Positions 19,710 to 29,865 of a stretch of 64,000 nt of DNA are shown in pieces; positions within the stretch are counted from its first letter, which is position 1; every line of letters begins with the position of its first letter. The translations under genes were made by a program, and so were the position numbers. The DNA is taken from assembly GCA_002708985.1 (NCBI GenBank), contig PAPS01000006.1, forward strand, positions 2,187 to 66,186, in the 5' to 3' direction. The notes below the pieces were generated by a model. That model ran no database searches. It was not told the origin of the DNA and saw only the letters and a list, made by a program, of their open reading frames with translations. This stretch comes from Saprospirales bacterium. Its GTDB lineage: Bacteria; Bacteroidota; Bacteroidia; Chitinophagales; UBA8649.

Positions 19710-20761
19710 ATAAATGGCTTTACATCGCGGGCCTCGTTATCGCTTGCCAAGGTAATTCACTTGTCAGGGCACAGGACGTACATTTCACCCAGCACTTTTC
19801 AAGTCCCCTTGTACTGAATCCGGCATCCACCGGATTTTTTCGCGGCGACTATCGAGTTGGGGTCAATCATAAAGAACAGTGGCCTTGGGCAATCGAATCG
19901 AAATTTCTTACCTACAATACCTCATCGGCCTTCGCCGAATGGGGTCTTCGAGGGAGAAAGAGAAAGAAAAAAGATTGGTTTGGCATAGGGCTGATCACAC
20001 TTCATGATGTCGCAGGAGATGGAAAGCTTCGCATGACAGAATATGGAGCCTCCATAGCCTTTCATAAGCAGCTCGACCGTGAGGGAAGGCATTTTATCTC
20101 GGCTGGTTTTAATGCGATATCAAATCGGCGAACCATAGATTTTGAGGCCTTTCGGTTTAATAGTCAGTGGAGAAACGGAACAGGGTTTGACCTAAGCCTC
20201 CCCTCTGGTGAATTCTTTTCTCAGAATGGATTTGTCGATCGCTATTGGGATGTATCATTGGGTATCCAAACGAGCCACAGGTTCTGGAACGACAACGGGT
20301 TAGCTGTAAACTTTTCGCTTCATCATATTAATCGACCAAGGGAAACCTTTTTAAACAGCGAAAATCGAATTGGCCTTAGACCCATGATAACCCTTCAAGG
20401 AAGCATTCAAGGACCTTATCGATTTACCATCCACCCCTCTATGCTGTTTACAACGCAAAAAGGAGCTTTGGAATTAGTCATAGGAAGTAACTTTACCATG
20501 CCCATTGATCAAGATCGGTTTACGGCAAAACAACGTCTGTGGTGGGGGCTTCATTACAGATCAGTTGATGCCATTATCCCTGTTATAGGCTATGAGATTG
20601 CCCGGACTAGGATTTTGATGAATTATGATATCAACTTATCTTCCCTGTCGAAAGCAAGTCGAGGGAATGGCGGATTGGAAATCTCTCTCATTCATATTGG
20701 CAGCTTAAGAAAAAATACCAAAGAACGTCAACAAATTTATTGCCCAGATGACATGTACTAA
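19706..20761 (+). CDS. PorP/SprF-family type IX secretion system membrane protein
   Basis: N-terminus 'AQDVHFTQHFSSPLVLNPASTGFF' matches the PorP/SprF signature. ATGA overlap with the upstream cargo gene. Confidence 0.8.
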   Translation: MNKWLYIAGLVIACQGNSLVRAQDVHFTQHFSSPLVLNPASTGFFRGDYRVGVNHKEQWPWAIESKFLTYNTSSAFAEWGLRGRKRKKKDWFGIGLITLHDVAGDGKLRMTEYGASIAFHKQLDREGRHFISAGFNAISNRRTIDFEAFRFNSQWRNGTGFDLSLPSGEFFSQNGFVDRYWDVSLGIQTSHRFWNDNGLAVNFSLHHINRPRETFLNSENRIGLRPMITLQGSIQGPYRFTIHPSMLFTTQKGALELVIGSNFTMPIDQDRFTAKQRLWWGLHYRSVDAIIPVIGYEIARTRILMNYDINLSSLSKASRGNGGLEISLIHIGSLRKNTKERQQIYCPDDMY

Positions 20762-21356
20762 CAAAATCCGAACCCTTGCATTATGCATAATACTTGTGGG
20801 CCTGCACTTATCTTCCAATGCCCAAGGAAACTATGAAGAAGCGCCATTCGAAGAAGAGGAGTTTAAAGGTCCCAACCGACAATCCCCTGGAAATCGGAGC
20901 CAATCCACCTTTGTGCAAGGGCTTCGTTTTGGTACAAAATTCAACTTTTCCATTTATGGTAACGAAATGCTCTATGGTTTGGAGCCAACTATCGGTTATC
21001 AACTATTAGAGGAAATTTTTGAGGTAGGCTTCGGACCCATGTTTATGCATTATCATAATTGGAGTGGGTTTTCGAAATTCCATTATATCCAGACTGGAGG
21101 ACAGGTCTATGCAACGCTCTTTCTTTTTGACGGAATATATATCCGAGCTTCTGGAAGACAGTTTTTCCTGATTCAGCGACAGCAAGGTAATCGAGCCACA
21201 GCTCGCACCCAAAATGTCTACCTCGAAGGAGGATATCAATATCAGGTGGGGGACCGATTCTGGGCCACTGCAGGTCTAGAATTGAATTTAATTGAAACGC
21301 CTTATGCTAGCAGAAGATATCTCACACCAACCTTCGGATTTCGTATGGCATTCTAG
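20748..21356 (+). CDS. small outer-membrane beta-barrel protein (hypothetical)
   Basis: Signal peptide, alternating beta-strand pattern, terminal 'GFRMAF'. 14-nt overlap with the PorP/SprF gene. Confidence 0.55.
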   Translation: MTCTNKIRTLALCIILVGLHLSSNAQGNYEEAPFEEEEFKGPNRQSPGNRSQSTFVQGLRFGTKFNFSIYGNEMLYGLEPTIGYQLLEEIFEVGFGPMFMHYHNWSGFSKFHYIQTGGQVYATLFLFDGIYIRASGRQFFLIQRQQGNRATARTQNVYLEGGYQYQVGDRFWATAGLELNLIETPYASRRYLTPTFGFRMAF

Positions 21357-23326
21357 GCATCGATTTTAGCGTAACGAGCATTTTCTTCGATGAAGGCTCG
21401 TCGTGGAGGCACCTCATCCCCCATAAGCATAGAAAATACCCGATCGGCCTCCGCTGCAGAATCTACAGTTACTTTCTTGAGTTTGCGCGTATCGGGATCC
21501 ATGGTAGTTTCCCAGAGTTGCTCAGCATTCATCTCTCCAAGACCCTTGTAACGCTGAACACCTACAGATACATTTTCCTTATCCCCTTTAAAACGCTGGA
21601 TGGCAGCATCTCGCTCTTCATCGTCCCAACAATATTGGAACTGTTTTCCTTTTTTCACGAGATATAACGGTGGTGAGGCAATATAGATGTATCCTCTATC
21701 AATCAACTCACGCATATAACGGAAGAAGAAGGTTAGAATCAAGGTTACAATGTGGCTTCCATCTACATCCGCATCACACATAATCACAATCTTGTGGTAG
21801 CGAAGCTTTGTAATGTCAAGCGCTCGATCGTTTTCCTCTGTTCCGATTTTGACCCCAAGCGCCATAAACATGTTCTTAATCTCTTCATTCTCATACATTT
21901 TGTGCTCTAAGGCTTTTTCTACGTTAAGAATTTTTCCTCGAAGGGGAAGAATGGCTTGGAACATTCGATCACGGCCTTGCTTCGCTGTACCTCCTGCAGA
22001 ATCTCCCTCCACAAGAAAAATCTCGGAGCTCTCCGCATCTTTACTAGAACAATCAGCTAGCTTACCAGGAAGACCACTTCCAGTAAGCACATTTTTTCGC
22101 TGCACCAATTCTCGCGCTTTGCGCGCTGCATGTCGTCCGGTTGCGGCAAGAACTGCTTTTTCTACGATAAGTCGAGCCTGTTTAGGATTTTCTTCAAGAT
22201 AAATCTGAAGCATTTTTCCCACGCAATTCGACACTAATCCAGTCAATTCTGAATTGGTAATTTCATCCTTGGTCTGGCTCTTGAACTGAGGATCGGGAAT
22301 CTTGATAGAAATAACTGCGGTAAGGCCTTCTCTGAAGTCCTCACCACTCATGGCAAACTTTAGTTTTGAAAACAAACCATTCTGCTCGCCATATTTTTTA
22401 AAGTAGTGTGTGATGGCTCGTTTAAAGCCACTAACATGCGTTCCTCCATTGTATGTGTTGATGTTGTTGGCGTATGACTGTAGCATTTCAGCATAGCCCG
22501 TGTTGTAATTGATCGCTACTTCCATAGCTACACCATCTTCCTCGCTTGAGATGTAGATGGGTTTTTCAATAAGACTTGTGCGCGTATTATCTAGATATTG
22601 AACGAAGTCGACTAATCCATTTTCTGAAAAGAATTGCTCAGTAACGAAGTTTCCATCAGCATCCTTACGTCGTTCGTCGGTCAACGTGATATTGATACCC
22701 TTGTTGAGGAAGGCCATTTCCCGAATACGATTTGAAAGCGTCTCATATTTAAATGTCGTATCATCAAAGATGCTCGCATCAGGCATAAAGGTTACTGTTG
22801 TTCCTGTATCTGACTTGTCTGTTTCGCCGACTTGCTTCGCATCATATAACGGTTTACCCGCACTATATTCTTGCACAACAACCTTTCCTTCGCGGTGAAC
22901 TTCCACCTTCATTGCGCTCGACAAGGCATTAACACAACTTACACCCACTCCGTTTAATCCGCCGGATACTTTGTAGTTATTCTTATCAAACTTACCCCCT
23001 GCGTGGAGTTCCGTCATAACCACCTCCAATGCCGACTTTTGCATTTCCTTGTGCATACCAATCGGAATTCCTCTTCCATTATCTTTTACCGATAGACTTC
23101 CGTCGGCGCTGATGGTAATGTTGATCGTGTCGCAGTGACCGGCTAGTGCCTCATCGACGGAATTATCTAAAACTTCCCATATCAACTGGTGAAGTGCGCG
23201 AGCATCCGTTCCACCAACATACATGCCCGGTCGCATTCGAACAGCCTCTAAACCTTTGAGCGCTCGAATATTATCTGCGCTATAATTTGACGTGTTTGAC
23301 ATAGTCAGTGAATTTACATCAGACAC
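21353..23326 (-). CDS. gyrB: DNA gyrase subunit B
   Basis: 'GLEAVRMRPGMYVGG', GHKL ATPase motifs, Toprim 'EIFLVEGDSAGG', 'YKGLGEM'. Confidence 0.97.
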   Translation of the reverse strand: MSDVNSLTMSNTSNYSADNIRALKGLEAVRMRPGMYVGGTDARALHQLIWEVLDNSVDEALAGHCDTINITISADGSLSVKDNGRGIPIGMHKEMQKSALEVVMTELHAGGKFDKNNYKVSGGLNGVGVSCVNALSSAMKVEVHREGKVVVQEYSAGKPLYDAKQVGETDKSDTGTTVTFMPDASIFDDTTFKYETLSNRIREMAFLNKGINITLTDERRKDADGNFVTEQFFSENGLVDFVQYLDNTRTSLIEKPIYISSEEDGVAMEVAINYNTGYAEMLQSYANNINTYNGGTHVSGFKRAITHYFKKYGEQNGLFSKLKFAMSGEDFREGLTAVISIKIPDPQFKSQTKDEITNSELTGLVSNCVGKMLQIYLEENPKQARLIVEKAVLAATGRHAARKARELVQRKNVLTGSGLPGKLADCSSKDAESSEIFLVEGDSAGGTAKQGRDRMFQAILPLRGKILNVEKALEHKMYENEEIKNMFMALGVKIGTEENDRALDITKLRYHKIVIMCDADVDGSHIVTLILTFFFRYMRELIDRGYIYIASPPLYLVKKGKQFQYCWDDEERDAAIQRFKGDKENVSVGVQRYKGLGEMNAEQLWETTMDPDTRKLKKVTVDSAAEADRVFSMLMGDEVPPRRAFIEENARYAKIDA

Positions 23327-23475
23327 CCCCTATTTTCTAATAAAATCAGCACGATATGTGCACAAATCCACAAAGAATATCAATCAATTATTGATTTTGT
23401 AATTATTAAGCAATCAATTGAAAAACATTATGTTAATTAGCCTAATAGCTTTATCTTCAAAAGGAATAAAACATT

Positions 23476-23889
23476 ATGCGCTACACCATATTTACCCTGC
23501 TTTTAACTGGAATTATTTTCGTCCAACCGGCTACTGCTCAAGAGAGTGTGTTCGAATCAGATAACTACAAAATATCTTATGAAGTCCAAGACTGCCACGA
23601 CATAGCCAATGGTTTACATCGATCATATGCTCTTGTAACCTTCGAAAACAGGACAGACGAAGAGGTGAAAATCTCTTTCGACTTGGAACAATATCGAAAT
23701 GGTATATGCCGATCATGTAACAATGAAGACAATGGATTGCATCATTCTATAACATTGAGCCCCTTGGAAACAATCGCCGGTACGTGTGAGACATCTGAGG
23801 CGTATTTACGCGTGTTTAATAAGCATTTAGATTTAGATAACTACAGCACATTAACCGACCTAAAATTCACCAACATCGAATTGAAATAA
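23476..23889 (+). CDS. small secreted Cys-containing protein (hypothetical)
   Basis: Signal peptide 'LLLTGIIFVQPATAQ'. Five Cys in the mature part. Ends 25 nt before the giant adhesin gene. Confidence 0.5.
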   Translation: MRYTIFTLLLTGIIFVQPATAQESVFESDNYKISYEVQDCHDIANGLHRSYALVTFENRTDEEVKISFDLEQYRNGICRSCNNEDNGLHHSITLSPLETIAGTCETSEAYLRVFNKHLDLDNYSTLTDLKFTNIELK

Positions 23890-23914
23890 GGCTAACAACC
23901 TCTACGGAAAAACT

Positions 23915-26900
23915 ATGAAATACCTCTCTTTTATACTTAGCTGTTTGCTTTTGACCTCAGCAGCTACCGCACAAAATCAAGGTTGTATCGTTGATCTTTT
24001 TACAAGTTCGCCTGGGGCGCAGGTAGATTGTGAAGACACAATAACTTTTACAACCGCTGGATATGGCCAAGGGCTTATCATTGAGTTATTCGGACCTACT
24101 GGTCCGCTTGATACAAACTGGCAAACCACTTCGCAGGCTATATATTCCAACCCTTGTGGACCAGGTCCATCTGGTGCCAATGATCCACATTTGTGGATGG
24201 GAGACTTAGCTTCTGTTCCGCGGTCTTTGACGACTAATGGACTCAACACAAGCCAAGGAGCCCTTATCTGTTTTGACCTAAGGATGGCTATTCAGAGTGA
24301 AGCGGCGCCCTGTGAAGGGCCTGATCTGCCAGACGAAGGAGTATTTCTTCAGTACAGCACCGACAACGGAAACACTTGGGTAACCATTGACTACTTCAAC
24401 CCAGATACCAATGGATGTGGGGGCCAAGCGGGTTGTGGATTTACTTCATGGGGCAATTACTGTTTTACTCTGCCACCAGCAGCATGGACAACAAATACTC
24501 AAATTCGGTGGATTCAGACTTCTGATTCTGGGTCAGGATTTGATCACTGGGGATTGGATAACATCCAAATCACCGGAAACGACAGTTCATATTATTATTA
24601 TTGGAATGATCCCCTTGTTGGCGACACCAATACCCGAGTTGTAATCCCTACAGTTGATTCTACCATTATAGTGTTTTACACGAATGGTTCAAGTGACACC
24701 TGTTCAGATACGATTTCCTACACAATGAATCCTACTGATGCCGGCCCACCTGTCATTGCAGCTTGTGATCCAACAGGACCAGGTGAAATGCTGATGGGTA
24801 GTGGAGCAGTCAATGTAGTTTGGACTCCAAACCAAGATATCATCAATGCCAACACCTTAACCCCTACTGTGTTTCCTGCGAACGATATTTATTACACTAT
24901 GACATCGGCTTGTGGCGAGGATAGTGTTCTTGTGGATGTAGTACCCTCCATTAATCTAGCACCCATTGCGGATGATACGATCTGCTTGTTCGGTACCACA
25001 ACATTAACTGCGGTTCCAAGTCCATCTTCCATCCCAATTGGCAATGTTCAATGGACACCGGCCACAGGATTAAATGACGCTACTTCGCTAAGTGTTATTG
25101 CCTCGCCTGCATCTACCACTACCTATGTGGTTGAAGTAACATCGATAGACGGTTGTAATGTATTCGATACTGTGGAAGTTGTCGTTTCAGGAAGTCAACC
25201 AATTATAAATTCCTCCAATGACACCACATTATGTTCTGGAGATTCATTAAACCTGTTTACCGAAGTACTTCCTCCTGCTTCAGGACAATATGTAGTCACA
25301 TCAATACCTTATGCTCCTGCGACTTGTACCTCGTCTACAGCACTCAGTCTTTCTGATGACCAAGTGAGTACTGCAATACCCATTGGATTTCCGTTCTTAT
25401 TCTATGGAAACACCTACACAGATATCTATGTATCATCCAATGGGTTTGTGACGTTTAATCCAGGCTCAGCAAGCGGTTGTTGTACTGGGGAGGATTTGTA
25501 TGTAGACAATAGCCTCTTCGATCCAACAAATCTTATCGCCTTGGCATGGAACGACCTTAATCCCAATAGTGGCGGAACCATTTCTTACTGTATAGAAGGA
25601 AGTGCACCGAATAGACGCTTCATCGTTGACTACAGTGGCGTTTCTCACTTTGGCGGTGGCCAAGGAGTAACCGGTCAAATCATTCTTTACGAAGGAACAG
25701 GTGTAATTGATATCATTTCTTCCGATATCATCAATGATGGTGGCAATATGACCCAAGGAATTCAAAACAACACTTTAGTTGATCCTGTCGATGGAGCTCC
25801 TGTGCCAAACCGCAACGCTTCAGACTGGAACGCATCAAATGATGCATGGAGTTTTATTCCTTATGTTCAAGCAAACGTTTATGAATATCTATGGACGCCG
25901 GCCACAGGACTAGATAATCCCACATCTCCAACACCAGTATTTACAGGAAATGTGAGTACTCAGTATGTAGTTACAGTTACCCCACAAGGAACAACTTGTT
26001 CTGCAACTGATACTATCGATGTCAATGTTGTGCCCGGATTTACTTACACACTTTCTCAGAGCGATGATACTGTTTGCCGAAATCAGGTGGTTAACTTAAC
26101 TGTTAATCCAACTTCTGGATCAAACTATACATATATTTGGTCTCCTGATGCAGACTTAGACGTAAATGATGCGGCATCTGTAGTGGCAACACCTACCGCA
26201 AATGGTAGCAATACATATAACGTGCTTATCACGGCCGCAAACAACTGCGCGGTTTCCGACAGTTTCGACATCTTCGTTGCAGGAGAGGCTCCATCAAGAA
26301 TAGAATTTGACGGCTATCCTTTTATTTGTCAAGGTGATAGCGTGGAGATTACAGCAACACCATGTGTTGGTGTGACGTTATCCGACAATTTTGATGGAGG
26401 GTTTGACCCAAGTATTTGGGCTAATGTGACCTCCTTCGACTTAAATGGCGATTGCGGTTCTGTTTCGGGCGATGCATTACACTTTGATGGTGGCACAAGT
26501 GTTGGAACTGATCGTGTAGCTGAAACCCTTCCAATCGATGCGTCATCTGGCGGAAACATAGACTTTTGGCTCATCATGGGTAGTTCCTCCACATCAGGTT
26601 CTGGATGTGAAAATGCTGATGCCGGAGAAAACGTTGCCCTGCAATACTCAATTGATGGAGGATTGACTTGGGTAGATATTGCCGTATATGATGAAGCACT
26701 TTGGGAAACCAATCCGGCATTCCAGTTTTTCTCTGAGCCTATCCCTGCGGCTGCACAAACTTCTTCCACTCAGTTCAGATTTGCACAGATTCAATTCAGT
26801 GCATGTACTAGCTGCGATGAATGGGCAATTGATGATGTCACAATAGCTGCAGGATGCTGTGGACCAGCATGTGGGGTATTTGAATACACCTGGTCCCCAT

Positions 26901-29809
26901 CAACAGGATTAAGTGATCCAACAATTGCTAACCCCATTGTGAGTGCATCAACTCCTACTACTTACAGTGTGACGGTCACTCCTATTGGAACAACATGTTC
27001 TTCTCAAGAAGATCTTTTTGTGAATGTGGGTGCGGATTTCAACTACACGTTAAGTCAGTCTGAAGACACAATTTGCCTGAACAATACAGTTCAATTCGAT
27101 GTCGTGGCTGACATTGCAGCAGGACCTTACACCTTCGCATGGGGAGGAACAGGCGAGTTAGATGCTGATTCTATTGCCAATCCAAGTTCTACTCCAAGTG
27201 TAAGCGACTCTACTTATATCTACACCCTAGAAATTACCTCAGCCAATGGATGTCGAAACTATGACACAGCTTCGGTTGTGGTTAATGGTGCTGCTCCGCC
27301 AAGTATTAGTTTCTTCACGGGAACAAACTCCACGGTGTATTGCGGTGGTGCTCCGCTTCTTTTAACGACTCAAGTGATTGATACCTTTGGATTTCTTGAA
27401 GATTGGGAGTCTGGATCAATCAATCCCTCTATTTGGGGTAATACACTTAACGTAATTATTGATGGCTTTAATGGTGTGAGCAACTCCCTTCATGCCACCC
27501 AAGGTGCTTCGGGCACTGCGCGTTTCATAGAGACTGTTCCATTAGACTTATCCAATGGAGGTAGTATAGAATTTGATTTTTATGCGGGGTATCAAAATGC
27601 TTACGAAGGCACGGAGGTTCCAGTCCTGCAATATTCTATTGATGGTGGTCTTACTTGGATTGAAATCGATAATTATTCGATAGCCACAGGAGCGACAAAC
27701 TTCACCCAATTCTTCACCTATCCCATTCCCGCTGGAGCACAAACTCCAAGTACTATCATTCGATGGTTCCAGCCATCACACTCCACGGGCATCAATGATG
27801 ATTGGGGTCTAGATAATGTGTCGATTGAAACCGGTTGCTCTGGAGCTGGTTGCGGAAACTTTGATGTTGTATGGTCTGCTCAAACGCAAACTTCTAGCTT
27901 TTTCCCAATTGTTGGTGACACAACCTTTGTATCGCCGGGCAACCAGTTAAATCCTTCGGCACCGAACGGCCTAGCCGCAGGAGATTGGTATATAGCTACA
28001 GTTACGGCAAGCGGCACATCGTGTTCGACAAGTGATAGCATATTTATCTACTATGGACCATCATCACAGAGTCTAACGCCTGATACAGCAATTTGTCTTG
28101 GTGACTCATTGACATTAACGGCAACTGGTGGATTATTATACAATTGGACCAGTGCACCAGAATCCAATGCACCAGTGGGTATTACAGGACAAAACATTAT
28201 AGATGTCTATCCAACAACGACCACAACGTACACAGTTAATGTAGACTCCCTCAATTGCCCTCCAGGTGGAATTGACTTAAGTACAACCATTACAGTAGTT
28301 GAAATCCAAGTAATAGAGCCTGCAGATACTCAAACATGTTTTGAAAGTCCTGTAGAAATTTCCTTTACTGAACTCGCTGGGCCTTATGAGTATATATGGA
28401 CACCTGCAAACCTTTTCAATGCTTCACCGGGCATGGGGATGACATCTACTGAGGTCGTAAGCCCTGCCTTTGATATCACATTAAATGTAGAAATCGGCGG
28501 ACCAGGTGGAATATGTGCTGAGCAGTTTGATGTTTTTGTTCAAGTGATTGAGCAACAAATTGTACCGATTACTACGGATAATACTATCATTTGTAATAAC
28601 TCGTCAGCCGTTATTTCTGCACCAAGTGGCTATACCTTCTATTCATGGAGTACAGGTGAATCTGGTGTTGATACCGATTCTATTACCATCAATGCTGGTG
28701 GCCCTTACTTCGGAACGGTTACGACCCTCGATGGATGCGACTGGCCAACTGATACGATTGTGATTCAGCAGATCAACTCAGAACAGGATCTTCTTCCGGA
28801 CACAACCTATATCTGCGAAGAGGCAAGTACTTTTAACCTAATTGCACCACTTAACCCGAACGGTGAGCAATTCACTTACCAATGGCTTGATGGAGGACCA
28901 GCTAGCAACGTTTGGAACGGACTAACTGCGACCGGTGTTTATACCGTTCGTATATCCTCTGACATCTGCACTGGTGAAGACTCGACCTTAGTCTTCCGAC
29001 TTACTACACCTACAATTGATTTCACCGATCAGTTAGCCTATCTATGTTGTGATGGGGAATTGATTCTTGAGCCAACGATCAGCGAAGTCGCTCCAAACTC
29101 AGTAGGAGTCTATCTCTGGTCAAATGGTGATGATACACCAACAACTACTGTCGATAATGATGGTGACTATATTTTTACTTTATTTGATGCCTTTGGCTGT
29201 GCGTCAGTATCTGACACATTTACTGTGACACGAATCTGTAATGATATCGACGTAACAGTCGCTATGGATTCTGTATTTATTACTGAATTAAGCGACAGTA
29301 TTGAAGCCACCGTAACGACCGATCCAAGTGCTTTAGCTACGAGCTACGAGTCCAATTGGACAGTCGATGATTTCAATGCTATACTTACCAACTCAGATGG
29401 TTTCCTTACAGGATTATCGTCAGATGTTGCAGGGACCTACACAGTATTTTATGATGTAACGAGTTCTACCATTACTCCTACAGGGGATACTGTGGTTTGT
29501 GTAGAACAAACACGCAGTGCTGATATTGTAGTTCGTGATATCATTCAATTGTTGTTACCTGATGCCTTTACGCCAAATGGTGATGGTCTCAACGATATTT
29601 TTGCTCCTTCCAACCCAAGCTTAGATATTATAAGCTTAGACATCTTTAATCGATGGGGAGAGCAAGTATACAGCTATGATGGCAACGGTTGGGACGGTCG
29701 CTGGAATAATCAAGACCAGCAACCTGGAACCTATATGTACTATATACAAATCCGCTATGCGAATGGCGAAATTGAAAATATAACGGGAACGCTAAGTCTT
29801 ATCCGTTAA
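23915..29809 (+). CDS. giant (1964 aa) T9SS type-B CTD adhesin-like protein
   Basis: Signal peptide. Many Ig-like modules carrying 'WTPATGL..PTS..P'. Three jelly-roll-like modules. C-terminal 'FTPNGDGLNDIF...IFNRWGEQV...GTLSLIR'. Confidence 0.9.
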   Translation: MKYLSFILSCLLLTSAATAQNQGCIVDLFTSSPGAQVDCEDTITFTTAGYGQGLIIELFGPTGPLDTNWQTTSQAIYSNPCGPGPSGANDPHLWMGDLASVPRSLTTNGLNTSQGALICFDLRMAIQSEAAPCEGPDLPDEGVFLQYSTDNGNTWVTIDYFNPDTNGCGGQAGCGFTSWGNYCFTLPPAAWTTNTQIRWIQTSDSGSGFDHWGLDNIQITGNDSSYYYYWNDPLVGDTNTRVVIPTVDSTIIVFYTNGSSDTCSDTISYTMNPTDAGPPVIAACDPTGPGEMLMGSGAVNVVWTPNQDIINANTLTPTVFPANDIYYTMTSACGEDSVLVDVVPSINLAPIADDTICLFGTTTLTAVPSPSSIPIGNVQWTPATGLNDATSLSVIASPASTTTYVVEVTSIDGCNVFDTVEVVVSGSQPIINSSNDTTLCSGDSLNLFTEVLPPASGQYVVTSIPYAPATCTSSTALSLSDDQVSTAIPIGFPFLFYGNTYTDIYVSSNGFVTFNPGSASGCCTGEDLYVDNSLFDPTNLIALAWNDLNPNSGGTISYCIEGSAPNRRFIVDYSGVSHFGGGQGVTGQIILYEGTGVIDIISSDIINDGGNMTQGIQNNTLVDPVDGAPVPNRNASDWNASNDAWSFIPYVQANVYEYLWTPATGLDNPTSPTPVFTGNVSTQYVVTVTPQGTTCSATDTIDVNVVPGFTYTLSQSDDTVCRNQVVNLTVNPTSGSNYTYIWSPDADLDVNDAASVVATPTANGSNTYNVLITAANNCAVSDSFDIFVAGEAPSRIEFDGYPFICQGDSVEITATPCVGVTLSDNFDGGFDPSIWANVTSFDLNGDCGSVSGDALHFDGGTSVGTDRVAETLPIDASSGGNIDFWLIMGSSSTSGSGCENADAGENVALQYSIDGGLTWVDIAVYDEALWETNPAFQFFSEPIPAAAQTSSTQFRFAQIQFSACTSCDEWAIDDVTIAAGCCGPACGVFEYTWSPSTGLSDPTIANPIVSASTPTTYSVTVTPIGTTCSSQEDLFVNVGADFNYTLSQSEDTICLNNTVQFDVVADIAAGPYTFAWGGTGELDADSIANPSSTPSVSDSTYIYTLEITSANGCRNYDTASVVVNGAAPPSISFFTGTNSTVYCGGAPLLLTTQVIDTFGFLEDWESGSINPSIWGNTLNVIIDGFNGVSNSLHATQGASGTARFIETVPLDLSNGGSIEFDFYAGYQNAYEGTEVPVLQYSIDGGLTWIEIDNYSIATGATNFTQFFTYPIPAGAQTPSTIIRWFQPSHSTGINDDWGLDNVSIETGCSGAGCGNFDVVWSAQTQTSSFFPIVGDTTFVSPGNQLNPSAPNGLAAGDWYIATVTASGTSCSTSDSIFIYYGPSSQSLTPDTAICLGDSLTLTATGGLLYNWTSAPESNAPVGITGQNIIDVYPTTTTTYTVNVDSLNCPPGGIDLSTTITVVEIQVIEPADTQTCFESPVEISFTELAGPYEYIWTPANLFNASPGMGMTSTEVVSPAFDITLNVEIGGPGGICAEQFDVFVQVIEQQIVPITTDNTIICNNSSAVISAPSGYTFYSWSTGESGVDTDSITINAGGPYFGTVTTLDGCDWPTDTIVIQQINSEQDLLPDTTYICEEASTFNLIAPLNPNGEQFTYQWLDGGPASNVWNGLTATGVYTVRISSDICTGEDSTLVFRLTTPTIDFTDQLAYLCCDGELILEPTISEVAPNSVGVYLWSNGDDTPTTTVDNDGDYIFTLFDAFGCASVSDTFTVTRICNDIDVTVAMDSVFITELSDSIEATVTTDPSALATSYESNWTVDDFNAILTNSDGFLTGLSSDVAGTYTVFYDVTSSTITPTGDTVVCVEQTRSADIVVRDIIQLLLPDAFTPNGDGLNDIFAPSNPSLDIISLDIFNRWGEQVYSYDGNGWDGRWNNQDQQPGTYMYYIQIRYANGEIENITGTLSLIR

Positions 29810-29827
29810 ATACTAACTAAGTGAAAG

Positions 29828-29854
29828 GCCCTCCATTTGGGGGGCTTTTTTTTT
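29828..29854 (+). terminator. rho-independent terminator after the giant adhesin gene
   Basis: GCCCTCC-ATTT-GGGGGGC hairpin (7 bp including one G-U pair) followed by T9. Confidence 0.8.
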
Positions 29855-29865
29855 GATAATCAACT

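Noticed and set aside
21813-22898. Antisense ORFs inside gyrB (21813..22202 and 22686..22898), and similar ones inside accA (41831..42205, 42477..42692)
   Set aside because: They overlap strongly conserved housekeeping genes on the opposite strand. Their composition is Ser/Arg/Pro-rich, typical of antisense artefacts.
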